From assembly GCA_964035545.1 (NCBI GenBank), contig OZ037768.1, positions 12,409,675-12,473,674 of the forward strand: 64,000 nt of DNA, read 5' to 3'. The DNA comes from Bugula neritina (taxonomy: Eukaryota; Animalia; Bryozoa). The notes under the pieces are model-generated. The model had not been told where the DNA came from. It saw nothing but the letters and a program-made list of their open reading frames with translations, and ran no database searches. The translations under genes were made by a program, and so were the position numbers. Positions 38,950 to 50,857 of the stretch are shown in pieces. Numbering within the stretch: the first letter of the stretch is position 1; every line of letters starts with the position of its first letter.

Positions 38950-39785
38950 GCACTGATTATTACTGCTCTTAGTAATTTCTATTACCCTTGCGTAGTTAAC
39001 TCGACAAAGTAAATGTAATTGCTAGCTCTATTAGGATGTATAACTGTTTAGGTACTAATTAGTAAATAATTTTCTACTAGACTAAGAGTAACACTAGCAG
39101 TAGTACTACGTCTACTACTACTAGTAACTACTACTACTTACTAGTACTACTACTAGTGACTACTACTAGTGACTAGTGCTAGTAGTAGTAGGTTAGTGCT
39201 AGAGAGTGAGAGTGAACTGTAGAGTACCTCTACTCAGTACAGGTACTACTGGTTGGGCCTGTAGAACTAGACGGGTACTCTACAGAGTAAAGTCTACTCT
39301 CAGTCTCTAGACCTAGTAGATGAATACTCTATTGTCTATTATCACTCTGCCTCACTAGTAGTAGTACTAGTATTACTAGTACCATTACTACTACTAGTAG
39401 TAGTACTACTGCTACTGTCCCTGTTACTGCTACTACTAATACTAGCACTACTATTACTACTGCTACCACTAATGCTACTATTAATGCTACTGCTACTACT
39501 AATACTACTGCAGTAGCAGTAGTAGTTGTAGTACGACTATTACTGCTACTATTGCTACTACTAATGCTAATATTATTACTACTAATACTAGTAATACCAC
39601 TAGTACTAATACTAGTAATACCACTAGTACTACTACTAGTAATACTACTACTAGTACTATTAGGAATAGTAATAATGTTACTACTAACTAACTAGGCATT
39701 AAATATAATTCTACAATTTTTAAGTAACTTCTTTTTCTCAAATTTTGATTATTAGATATAAATATAATTGGTAGTCCTGTAATGA
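38950..39785 (+). repeat. Dispersed repeat with (ACT/AGT)n core (same family as 13550-14285)
   Basis: Shared unique flanks and a trinucleotide low-complexity interior. Confidence 0.75.
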
Positions 39786-41256
39786 AGTACCATTGCATGG
39801 TGATAATAATTTTGATATGTTGTGATAATTGTTGAAGACTTGAACTAATAGTATTATAGTGATATCAATAGTAGTCTTTGTGAACTCCTCAACCTAAATT
39901 ACTTAAAACCAGCGTAAAAATAAATGAAAAGAAAAAGAATTAAAAGTATTAGTCACACTACGTATAAGCGTAAATCTATAGCCATCGGCCTTTAATACAG
40001 GGGCCGTATTAAACATATGAAATTTTATATGAATATCATATTCATTGTATGTTTACACTTGTCCTATCAATACTCATAATGAGTGTATTGACACTTCACA
40101 ATAAAAAAATAAAACTTATAAAGAAAAACTGCTCTTTCAAAGAGTTAACAGTAAAAATATTGGCAATGCTCATACTGGCACCTTATCAACGTTATCTATT
40201 TTAATTTCTGTAGTCAAACCTAAAATTTTCGACAACAGTTTTTTTCAGTTTTATTAGACTTTGCCCACATTAAAACATTTCGCACCCATTAAAGGATGTA
40301 CCTTTGGTGATTTTTACACTTTTAAGTTATTGTTTGTTTATTTTCTTTTAACTCTGACCTAATTCTGCCTATGTATCCCTTAAAATAGCAAACCATCTTC
40401 GGTTTTCCTATGCTATTATCATATACTGAGCAATTGCTGTCTTTAAGTAACTCTCAGCAATTGTATTTATTGTCATGTACTAAGCAATTATTGTTTTAGT
40501 CAATTATATATTTTATTTAAACTTTAATTTATTTAGGTGCTCAACAGAAATATTTATGTTATGTAATGTATAGCAAGTTGTCCTAGGCCTTAGTCTTAAG
40601 CATATATTACTTATTAAAGAGTTGTGTATGTAAAGTTGTGAAAAGCATTGTCCTAAATTCATTAGGTAAAAACTCTTTTGATTTAGATATTAACAAAATT
40701 AATCGCAGCCTCTGTATATTCAGGTGGCCTGGTTGTTATTGGACTATTATAAGTATACTGCTACGTAATAATCAAATGAGAGGGGCTCACAACGGGCATT
40801 CCTTATTTAAGTTGAAGTTAATAAGTTGTACCTTGTGAAAATGTAGAACAAAATTTAGAAAATATTTTTTCTAGAAAATTATTCACAAGTCAGAAGGAAA
40901 GATTTTACAATTAAATGTTAAAATTAACATGAATAGTGGTCAAGTCAAATGGTATAGAATAGTTCAGGAGCCAATAAACTTATAAACATGAAGCTTTCAC
41001 ATGAATAGCTAAAGCTCTATTTAACTATTTTTAGGTAAGTTATCTAGTCACTAAAGTCATAATGAAATAGCAATATATCTAAAAGTGGTTATCATTTTCT
41101 TTGAGTATATTTCTGTAATTGGCTGATTAAGTTGCCACAAGTCAAAAATTGTGACGAGTGGCTTTTACCATGCAAGGCAACTTAGTAAAATTTCAACTCG
41201 ACCAAATTCAATTTCTGACTGAAAGTCATAAATGAAAATTTTGTTTATTCTCACAG

Positions 41257-41435
41257 CAAAAGTTTTCTGTGTGTAAAGACACCTTCAACTGCTGCTTCCT
41301 AGAATGAAAAAGATCGAAAGCCGCGTTTCTTTATCACGTTGCTCAAACCTTTAATTGCCCCTGCCGTGAAGCTTCTCCACTCGCAGCTCATATTGATGGG
41401 AATATGGAGCTTTATAGGTATAAAGCAGCTGGAAG
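41257..41435 (+). pseudogene. KDZ (Kyakuja-Dileera-Zisupton)-type transposase exon
   Basis: cag|..QKFSVCKDTFNCCFLE*KRSK..TFNCPCREASPLAAHIDGNMELYRYKAAG|gtaag resembles the F.EW..CPAC..VDGN.KLYR motif. A GIEYLGCR fragment lies near 41682. Confidence 0.55.
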
Positions 41436-42677
41436 GTAAGATTCTCTCAGGTAGCACAATTTTTATACTATCTTATTTATGTGCATGTAATATTGAATAG
41501 GTAATAGTATGCTTTACTTACCTGTTGATTCTAGGCCCATCAGTTTTAGCATCAGAAAGGTAAAGCTGGTGATTGTTGACTTTTTATATTATATATGTAT
41601 TACCTTCTATGTTAGCTTTTCAATCTTGATTGAACTGAATTTACTGTTAACTTTTGCTGGTGTATTCCCAATAACAGTGGCGGAATTGAATATCTTGGGT
41701 GCAGATCATGTGAAATTGCATGAGTATTCAGGTAGTTATAGTCGTCAATTTTTATGTTTTAAAGAAAACCTACTGTGATTTCTGTCTGTTTATAATGTGT
41801 GTGCAATTTTTTGCATTGCTAAATTAAATATTTAGTATATTCATGTTTAGTTCCATCATTTTTTGCCATAGCTATGTTAATTCCTTTGTCATGAATACTA
41901 TTGAGCTGCTGCCAATTGTATCATATTATGGGTTGTAGTACAGACGGCAGCTTCACTGAAAGAGGACCACAGGGACACAATCTCAACCCGACTTTGCAAG
42001 AATTTGTTGACTCATACTCTTTCTACTTTTTTGGTGCAAATCATGAGGTTGTATCTAAATGTTGGCTTAATTTCAGTGAAGATAATAAATGATTATATTT
42101 TTATAATTGTATCATGTGTTAAAAAATAACTTGTAATATCTTACAGTGGTTAAAGTGGAGAATATATGAGGTATTATTTTTTTTGTGGTATATATCAGAG
42201 AGTTTTTTTGTTATCACAATACAGCACCTTTATTATTTGGCAACAGAATTTATTTCATAACTCAAAGTGCTTGCATGTGATAACACCATACTCCTTATTT
42301 GCAGACAACCAATGATGATAATGATGATGATGATTTACAGCTAATCTGTTCTGATTCGTCTGATGAAAACTAAGAATTTGTTGTGTTAGCTTTCTTGTAA
42401 GAATGATTATCTTTCTAGCCATTTGCTTTAAATTCACAATTAATTCTCACTTCAAGTTTTACCCATTGTTGTTAAACTCTTGTCAACTCATCTCAATTTG
42501 CCGATTTTCTCTTTTTTGGTAACTCTTTAATAACATTCATTTACAAAACAGTTAACTCAATCAATAATTTTCATCTTTATAGCTCGTGTCTTTCTTATTC
42601 ATTTTCCACGCTTTTATATCTCATCTGACAGTATCTATCCACCAATGTTTTGACCTCCTTATTGTTCGTTAGTTTAG

Positions 42678-43958
42678 GAAGCCTGCCTTCCTCTGATGTA
42701 GAAGACAACTTCGTGTTATGTGACATCTGCACAAAGAAAGGGATAGAGAAAGTATACCAGCAGTGACCTACTGCACTGTGTGCAGTAAACTATTCTGTAG
42801 AAAATATGATGAGGTAATTCCTTTCCCATAACTCTTTTTTATTAGTTGATAACTATTTATTTTGTTGTTTCTCAGCTTTTCCATTAGTTATCACAATTAC
42901 TATACATATTCACTTTATTGTGAAATGTTTTTATCAGCAAAGAGAAGAGTATGTAGAGCCACATTTTTTGTTTGAGTTTCTTGATATTGCTATTACAATT
43001 ACAATTACATTTTTATACATCAATTACTAATTACATTCAATTACTTCAACAAATGTAATTAATTACAACCAATAGCAATTACAAAATACAAATTTCACCC
43101 CAACCCTGGAATATAGTGTGGTTAGCACTTGACTAAAATATATTAAAATAATATGTAAGCACGTGTATGTTTTCCTTCTAATTATGGATATATATATTAT
43201 ATTTAAGCTATTGCCTATAGTGAACCTGTTATAATGTAGGTAGACAGATATCTATGCTAGAAGGTGCAACTGTTAGAAGTGATAGATCATTTGATTTCCA
43301 TGTGTATAAAGACATTTATTCTACCAACTCAACAGAACAGGTATTTTGTATATAATAGGAGTTATGTCCTTCCTATGACATTTTGTAAGCTGATGCAGTC
43401 CATGCTTCAGACTTGTCCGTTATATTATATCAAGTAGGGACAATTTCAGAACTTCCCGATTCTTAAAATTCAAAGCCATAGCAAGACTATGTGGAAATGT
43501 TGGAAAAACTGTCAAAGTGATAGCATAAGCTAACACTGTTTTGACCAATAGAATTTGTCAATTCATTTGCTGTGACATCACACACAAGAAATAGTTTAGC
43601 TTTTCTCTGCTTTCATTTTTGTCTAATTCAATTTAACCTTTTTGTCAGGTATGTTTATCCTGCCAAACTCATTCCTTTTCTTTCAGTTTATTCCCCAAGC
43701 CTTGGTTTATATTACTGGTTACGATATCTCATAAGCAACTAATAATCATGATACAGTATTCTAATGTTTTGAATAATATTTATACTTTCATAATAGGAAA
43801 GTAGGCTGATGTGGAATAAAAAGAAGTTTCTGCAGCAGATGCATCTAGTTGGTTTGCTGACAAAGTGACATGTGAAAAGACAGCTGATTGGTCAGTTCTT
43901 CTGACCAAGTGACACTGGTTGGTTATGTACATTGCCATCTCATTCATACATTTGTTAT
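42678..43958 (+). repeat. Diverged duplicate of 17850-19185 including the B-box relic (frameshifted)
   Basis: CDICTKKGIEKV/PAVTYCTVCSKLFCRKYDE|gt with a 2-bp insertion (agtataccag). Downstream intron, terminal exon and UTR-like sequence are colinear with 18000-19185. Confidence 0.85.
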
Positions 43959-44293
43959 TGTAGAATTATCCAGGGCATAATTCCACAGTATCTGCATCTC
44001 AGACATGACTTATGTACCAATCCGAGATACATTACATCAAAAATAAATGTTGTCTATCGGCATAAATTTTGCAGTAGCCAATCATAGTACTATAACAGGG
44101 CAGTCTCAGTGTAGTATCTTGACTATCGGCATAATTATAATAGCCCATAATTGAAAATGAAGTTGGAAGCTTTCCAAATACCTCCCACATATAATAGCAT
44201 TCATGCTAGTCCCTAAAACTAAATAAACATTACGGTAGACCAATAATTATAAAAGCTCTACTCATTTGTAACTGGAGGATTTGTAACACTACA
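43959..44293. mobile_element. Possible solo LTR
   Basis: TGTAG..CTACA inverted ends, flanks ttat/ttac. Starts exactly where similarity to 19185 stops. Confidence 0.45.
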
Positions 44294-44716
44294 TTACTAA
44301 ATTTCTTGCATTGGAGGTGCTTAGGCTGTGTTGCCATAGTGATATGTAGTTATTGGGGCTTTGTATAAAATTAAACTTGATAATTATTAGGATCAAAGTA
44401 TTATTGCTGTAGCTTCAACTACTGAACTTTGGAGCCATTATCTCGATTCTTTGTCAGGAATGGGTGGATAATTTCATGCAATAATGAGTTTTAGCTTTAT
44501 ACTTTCATTGATAGCAACACTGAACTAAAAATTTAATATCTTTTCAAGTTCATTGGGTAGCAGATTATCTGCTAAACTTTATGCAGATATTGAATAAATA
44601 ATGTTTGATAGTTATGTTATATTGTTAGGTTCCCAAGCATATTTAAAAAGTCACAATTATTGCTTCGACCATAGGTCAAAAAATTACCAAAAGAAAGGGC
44701 AAACAACTCCAAAAGA

Positions 44717-46273
44717 TTGTTCTTACAGAAGCAAGTTAATTCAGCTAAACTGAATACTCTAACTGATCAACATTTCCATCTATTGAAATTGAAGAAAAGT
44801 CTCCGAGCACCAACTAGATTCCAACCTTCCCCTAATAGATTTCAGGGACCTCAACAACATCAAAATAGATTCCAGCAGGCACACCAATACAACCAACAAC
44901 ACAATGGAGGAGAATTTGACGTGGACGGGAGACCTGTCTGTACTGCTTGTGGTCAAAGAGGACACCATCACTACACATGCCGCAACAGACCTGAGCAGCC
45001 AAGGGAGCCCAGGGACAGAGTGGTACGGTTCATAGATGAACATAACCTCAACACAGGCAACACAGCTCTTCGCTCTGCCCAAATCAATGACATACCAACA
45101 ATCACCAGTGTTGTGAGGCCGAAGCCAACAATGATAGATGACTTTCCAGAAAGTACATGTAACTTCCTTTCTGATGTGTTTGATGACCCGGAATTCTCCA
45201 TCATGGAGTTGTTTGCTGAAAAAACTGTGTGTGTGATAAAAGCCAGTGGTGACAAGGTAATCAAATGCAGGATCAACAACCCTGATGCTAAGCTGCCTCA
45301 ACGGATGACAGAAGATGCTGCCGGATATGACCTATACAGTTCTGAGGAAAAACAAATACAGCCAGGAAGAATTATGGCAATTGACACCGGAATTTCCCTT
45401 GAACTTCCAGAAGGATGTTATGGCCGGACTACTTCAAGATCAGAACTAGCCCTCTCAAAGTCAGTCATATGTATAGGAAGAGTGATTGACAGAGACTACC
45501 GTGGGAATGTCAAGGTGATGATAATGAATGTTGGGGAAAGCAACGTCAACATACATAGACATGATAGAATAGCTCAGCTGATATGTAAAAGAAACATCAC
45601 ACCAGAAATCCAAGAAGTAACTAATCTCACTCTTACCCCAAGAGGAACCCAAGGGTTTGGATCAGCTGGAGTTGAAACACCCAGCAACCAACAATATGAA
45701 GACACCCGAGTGGTTCAGACAGTAACTTTGGAGACAGCACAAGTTGATGACATCATATACTCCATATCTGGATGGCACCAAGATACTGGAGCTGAAAAAG
45801 GAGGATATGACTATGGCAGAAGAGAAGGATACAGAAGGGATGACAATTCAAGGAGGTACCCCAACAACAGGAATACAAGGGGCAGGAGCAATCTGACCTC
45901 CTCTAGTTGGATACCAATTATCGTCAGGCTAACGATAACCATCTCCTTTTTGCTCTCAAAAGTTCAAGGCCATCCTGAGAAGCCAATGTTATGTAGCACC
46001 GCTAACAACAGAAGATTCCAACCGGCACTGATACTGAGTCTACCAAAAAGAATTGACTGCCCAAAACCCGCAAGCCCATCAAGAAAGGTAACTCCTCTGA
46101 CTGTACAGCTCTACAAACCAAAGCCTCTGGTACTACAGGAAAAGGCTTTCCTCTGCTCCAGAAGAGAAACAACAATCCAAACAAAAACTTCTACTTCTTT
46201 GGAGATGAACGACTACACAAGAAACAGGAACGGTACTTCCCGACATCATCTGCACAGTGCACAGAGAGGATAG
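44717..46273 (+). CDS. Gag C-terminus (CCHC knuckle 44939-44980) - dUTPase - Env N-terminus polyprotein fragment
   Basis: GRPVCTACGQRGHHHYTC; dUTPase motifs; hydrophobic SSWIPIIVRLTITISFLLSKVQG (45902-45970) followed by a Cys-containing ectodomain. Confidence 0.85.
   Translation: MFLQKQVNSAKLNTLTDQHFHLLKLKKSLRAPTRFQPSPNRFQGPQQHQNRFQQAHQYNQQHNGGEFDVDGRPVCTACGQRGHHHYTCRNRPEQPREPRDRVVRFIDEHNLNTGNTALRSAQINDIPTITSVVRPKPTMIDDFPESTCNFLSDVFDDPEFSIMELFAEKTVCVIKASGDKVIKCRINNPDAKLPQRMTEDAAGYDLYSSEEKQIQPGRIMAIDTGISLELPEGCYGRTTSRSELALSKSVICIGRVIDRDYRGNVKVMIMNVGESNVNIHRHDRIAQLICKRNITPEIQEVTNLTLTPRGTQGFGSAGVETPSNQQYEDTRVVQTVTLETAQVDDIIYSISGWHQDTGAEKGGYDYGRREGYRRDDNSRRYPNNRNTRGRSNLTSSSWIPIIVRLTITISFLLSKVQGHPEKPMLCSTANNRRFQPALILSLPKRIDCPKPASPSRKVTPLTVQLYKPKPLVLQEKAFLCSRRETTIQTKTSTSLEMNDYTRNRNGTSRHHLHSAQRG
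45257..45670 (+). CDS. Trimeric dUTPase domain
   Basis: All five motifs in order: AAGYDL, GRTTSRSEL, RVIDRDYRGNVKV, DRIAQL, RGTQGFGSAG. Confidence 0.92.
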
Positions 46274-47655
46274 AGAAATGGACTGTCGATGGGACTAAAC
46301 TAAAAGACATTAATGGAGTCATCTCTACCCACCATTCAGTTGAGCCAACCTACAAGTGGTGCTGCCACTGGTATGAAAGAGTAGTTGTCAACTATCAACT
46401 AACCCCAGGCTACATATACCTCCACAGAGACACTAAAAAAATGCAGACTACACTAGGATTAGCGTCACATTGCAAGTTCGAAGACTTCAATTGCTTGTTG
46501 CCAGGAAATGGTTTCCTAAGATGGAAAGAAAATATTACTGATGAGTGCCTATTTACTAAATCTATTTCAATTGAAGGAGAAAAGCGTGGACCCTACTTCC
46601 TACCCAATCAAAAGGATATGGCCTTAACATTTCTTGACAGTAAATGGCGAAGAACTCAAGTGTGCCCTAATACCAGACCAGAATTAAAGCTAATCAAAAC
46701 CGATCAAGGAATCTATATTGACAACTTAACAACTATCCAAAATGTCTGGATTACTCCACCGTGGTACATCAGTGAAACGTTGACAGGAGTCAGTATCAAC
46801 GAGTACATAGGAGGTGTGATCAACACTATAGCCTCAGCTTTGTCTCGTGACATACAAAAAACAGCAGCGGATACCTTTCGGCAAGGGATACAAGCTTTGT
46901 GTCAACATGAACAGTTAGCCTATACAACAATGTCAAAACTCTTCACATCTAATCCAACTCCTGTAATAAGGCACCTACTCAAAGAAGACTACATAGTTGC
47001 AAAGACAATTTCAGTCAATGACATAGCTATCTACAGCTGTAGCCCGTTGAACACAGATGAATACAAAATCACAAGACATGACGCACTTGAAGAAGGAACC
47101 TGCTACACATATATACCTATGGAGGTGTTCCCCGACACCAACGCTAGTCACCAACTATTCATGAACCCAACAACCAATATCATTACAAGTTCCTCACCAA
47201 TACGTTCTTGTAATCACCAGGAATACACACACTTCAGTCTGAACAACACCCTTAACAAATTCTTCCCTTTCAACAACACCATCAATAACATTACTAAAGA
47301 AGAAAGCAACATCTTGAGACAGATATTCTATCACAATGTGTCCTATGTACACAGGAAGCTCATAATCTTCAAAGAACATGTAAACCTATTTCCTATCTCC
47401 GATTTGAAGACAGGCTCAATCTTCCTGAATGACTTTGTGGAAACAATACAGCGGAAAAGACAACAGCTCTGAAGTATTGGTATCCTTACAGAATCCGGAA
47501 AAACTGATAGCAAGCTACCCTTCAAAGTTGGTGAAATGAGTTTCTTTCAATGGCTACAGTCAGGAGCACTTGAATTCATGACAATATGGAACATAGTGTG
47601 CAATATCTATGTCACAATCCTTTTCACACACAGCCTAATCAAGATATTATACTAC
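45902..47655 (+). CDS. Envelope glycoprotein, class III fusogen-like (herpes gB/chuvirus G-type); one frameshift (about 46185) and one stop (47470)
   Basis: Signal peptide; AFLCS; aromatic loops FYFFGD and YKWCCHW; SHCKFEDFNC; LCQ..SNPTPVIRHLLKEDYIVAK..IYSC; CYTYIP; FMNPTTNIITSSS..C; many N-x-S/T sequons; TM-like ALEFMTIWNIVCNIYVTILFTHSLIKIL. Confidence 0.7.
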
Positions 47656-47659
47656 TGAT

Positions 47660-49112
47660 ATGCTACAACTGAACCCTCTGAACTGAAACTAGTAGTTCCT
47701 GTGGGAATGCGCCAAAATGTCATCCAAGCCTTCCACAGTGACCTTTCAAGTAGACACAGAGGAATCAACCAGACAGTCTCGGCAATCAAAAGATACTTCT
47801 TTTGAAAGTCACTATCTCAGGATGTTGATGTCTTTATCAAGGACTGCCAGACATGCTCAATGGTAAAAAGACCGCCAAGGAGACTTGTCCCTGAGCTCAG
47901 GCGTCTCCCAATCCAAGGACCATTTTCAACATGGTACATAGATTGTCTACAAGCCCTGAAAACAACAACGCAAGGTAATAAACATGTGTTAGTTTGTGTA
48001 GAAGCTGTCACCAGATATACTGTCACTGCTGCCCTGAAAGACTTGACTGCCAAGACTGTAGCATATGCTTTGTTCTCACACCTGTTTGCTATTCACTCTT
48101 ACCCTAAAAGAATCCACACAGACAATGCTACATACTTCCACGCTGACTTTATGAAGGAGAAACTGACAGACACTAGACACACCTTCACACTCAGCTACAA
48201 CTCATCTGCCAATGGCTACGCGGAAAAGGCAATCCAAGTCATACAGAGAGCCCTACGATGTTACACTTCAACTGACCAGACCAATTGGGACTTTTATTTA
48301 CCTGCCGTCACATTTGCAAAGAATACTTCTGTCTGCCGATCAAACTCATCATTTGCTGATACACCTTTCTTCCTCTATTTCGGACGAGATCCACGAGTCC
48401 CAACACTGAATGAGCTCGGCGATGCATCCCCCTTGGATATCAACAGCACATCAACAACAACGGATACATTTGAAGAACACATGTTCATACAGCTACATGA
48501 GGCAATACAACGTTGCTACAGAATCCATGACGAACAACATAAGAGATACAAGGCATACTATGACCGGAAAGCTACCGAAATACCCTTGAAGGTTGGAGAC
48601 AGAGTGTATATCACAAAGCCGAATCTTGGCAGAAATAAAAGCCGTGCACTTACACCAGGATACGTTGGCCCACTCCAAGTGATAGACCTGACCCCTACCA
48701 CAGCTCTAGTCATACCTGTGTTAACCCCCCTAAATAATAATGGATCATGGGTTGCTATCAAAAAACTGAAGCTTGTCGGGCAGAACTACACTCCTACCTA
48801 TGCGGACCACCAGGCAGCAATGGAATTCAAAAAAAGCTCAGAAGAAAGCGATGGCATAGAAGATGATGTATATGCTGAAACTATTGATGGCAAAAGTAAT
48901 GATGTTATACCTGAACGGCAACAGAAGATCTACTATGCAACATAGACGCACCCCTGGAACCCGCAGCCTTCAATTCAGAAACTCAAGATGATATGGTAAA
49001 CCAACCACCACCAAGAACTGAAGAGTATCTCCAACAGCCAACAACATCATATAATCTCCGCAGACAACCAAAATCAAAACGCCGGAGTGATTTTGAATAT
49101 GACCAGGAATAA
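47660..49112 (+). CDS. Gypsy-type integrase (HHCC, DDE core, GPY/F-like module; tail frameshifted)
   Basis: LVVP..FHSDLSSRHRG..RYFF*..CQTC; WYID, HTDNATYF, NGYAE; YVGPLQV; SYNLRR tail in another frame ending at 49112. Main ORF 47860-48945. Confidence 0.9.
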
Positions 49113-49159
49113 CCAGCTCATTATTTATTAATGTTATGAATAACTATATTTAATCTTAC

Positions 49160-49161
<2 letters not shown>

Positions 49162-49204
<43 letters not shown>
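49162..49204. repeat. (TA)n microsatellite
   Basis: TA run. Similar runs at 50088-50162 and 50776-50851 separate the accessory ORFs. Confidence 0.9.
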
Positions 49205-49207
<3 letters not shown>

Positions 49208-49473
49208 CCCCTCGGGGACTGCCTCCTCATTCATCAATGCCAATATTATAAGTATAATCGAAATTATGGTGCTGAAGAAACTATAAAAACAGTAAATTCA
49301 GTGCTTTTAGCAACCAAAATAGTTTAACTTGTTCAGTAATTTAATAACGCTTGTGCTTCAGAACTGCCTTAAACTGTGAAACAAACAAGAAAAGGGAAGT
49401 AGTGAATAAGGTATTTTGGTAGATTCTTATACTAATTATTATATTTAAATCAAATTTCAAATTATTTTATAAG

Positions 49474-49872
49474 TTGAGTGAAATACAGTCCACTACAGCT
49501 GCGAAAAGACAGGAATCTGAGGAAAAAGGAGACAAATACTATCTAGAACTGGAAGCGCAACATGAACAAATGAAGGCCATAATTGAAAAGTTAAGGAAGG
49601 AGAATATGGAGATCAAAGACTTACTGCTAATAATTGAATATCGCCTGAACTCACTGGAGAGGAACTCAAGAAGTATAGTGCTACCAATGCAGCCAATTAG
49701 AGATGGAACTATCGTCCAACCCATCAAGAGGCATCCAAAGAATACAACAGGTGTAATCTCAGAGCAACATGATGAACCTCAACGCCCTAATGATAGAGCA
49801 GAGTCCATACAATTTGTCACACGGTGGATCACTGGGATGACTGAGTATCTAAGGATGAACTCTAGATGGTGA
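49474..49872 (+). CDS. Coiled-coil ORF/exon, probable accessory gene of element C
   Basis: 132 codons after an AG; heptads LELEAQHEQMKAIIEKLRKENMEIKDLLLIIEYRLNSLE; same A-rich strand bias as element C. Confidence 0.5.
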   Translation: MSEIQSTTAAKRQESEEKGDKYYLELEAQHEQMKAIIEKLRKENMEIKDLLLIIEYRLNSLERNSRSIVLPMQPIRDGTIVQPIKRHPKNTTGVISEQHDEPQRPNDRAESIQFVTRWITGMTEYLRMNSRW

Positions 49873-50083
49873 ACATACGGCCCACCACAAAGTGAAGCAC
49901 AACATCCTACCAAGTGTGGCAAAATTTAATTCATTTCCTAGCATTTGCGCGAGTAAGGAACCAAGAAAGAAACAATGTCTAGAAATCTACTTAACTAATT
50001 TACAACTTTCAGTGCTTACTATCCATCATCCCTGATATAACACTATTCTATCTACACATAAACATAATCAACACACAGTCACC

Positions 50084-50164
<81 letters not shown>

Positions 50165-50257
50165 CAGGAATATTATATCACCCAAATAATTGTGGTACAT
50201 AGATATTGCTTATTCATATAAATCTACATATATGTATATATATAGACTGCTACCCAA

Positions 50258-50695
50258 ATGGACAGATTGATGATTGTTGACGAATTCAATGGCAAACCTA
50301 AGTCCAGAAGTCCGATCAGTGGAAGGACAACTCCCTCGGCCGATAAATCAGATTTAGATAGCAGAATTAAAGACCTAGAGATGGGGGTACAAAAAAGGGA
50401 GACTAAGATTGATGAGCTAAGGCAACAATTAGAAGAAGAGAAGGAAAAGACCGGTAGATGGAGAGATAGAGCTTTGAAATTTAGCAGAAATGGAGATCCT
50501 ATCAAAGCTATAGAAGAGATGAAAAGGAAGTTGAGCACACAAAATGATGAAATGGAGAGTCTAAGAAGAAAATATCGGAAGCTGGAGGAGAAGCAGATGA
50601 AAGAAGAAAACAACACTATGTTGGTGAAGTGGATAATTGCTCTAAAACAAGAACTGGCAGACAACAATCGTCAGAATTACTCTCCTCTAAGTTAA
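50258..50695 (+). CDS. Coiled-coil protein (145 aa), probable accessory gene of element C
   Basis: ATG-initiated open ORF with long E/K/R heptads LDSRIKDLEMGVQKRETKIDELRQQLEEEK..IEEMKRKLSTQNDEMESLRRKYRKLEE. Confidence 0.55.
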   Translation: MDRLMIVDEFNGKPKSRSPISGRTTPSADKSDLDSRIKDLEMGVQKRETKIDELRQQLEEEKEKTGRWRDRALKFSRNGDPIKAIEEMKRKLSTQNDEMESLRRKYRKLEEKQMKEENNTMLVKWIIALKQELADNNRQNYSPLS

Positions 50696-50771
50696 CTGGT
50701 TTCACTCACCCTAAGTTGATATGGGAACATTTGATTGAGTATTTAGAATATAAACACTTAATCCTAACGAC

Positions 50772-50857
<86 letters not shown>

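Larger units (their letters stand above)
44800..50700 (+). mobile_element. Env-carrying Gypsy-like retroelement C (5'-truncated, PR/RT/RH absent, LTRs not found)
   Basis: Intronless A-rich coding block: CCHC knuckle, dUTPase, signal peptide + glycoprotein + TM, integrase, then two coiled-coil ORFs. Confidence 0.75.

Noticed and set aside
39990-40012. Small hairpin tttaatac-aggggcc-gtattaaa as a Helitron end
   Set aside because: No CTRR terminus at the expected distance and no supporting copy.
43959-44325. 5' LTR and tRNA-Ala PBS (tggaggtgc) of element C
   Set aside because: The PBS match is short and offset from the CA end, no matching 3' LTR follows element C, and about 500 bp of AT-rich DNA separates it from the truncated gag.
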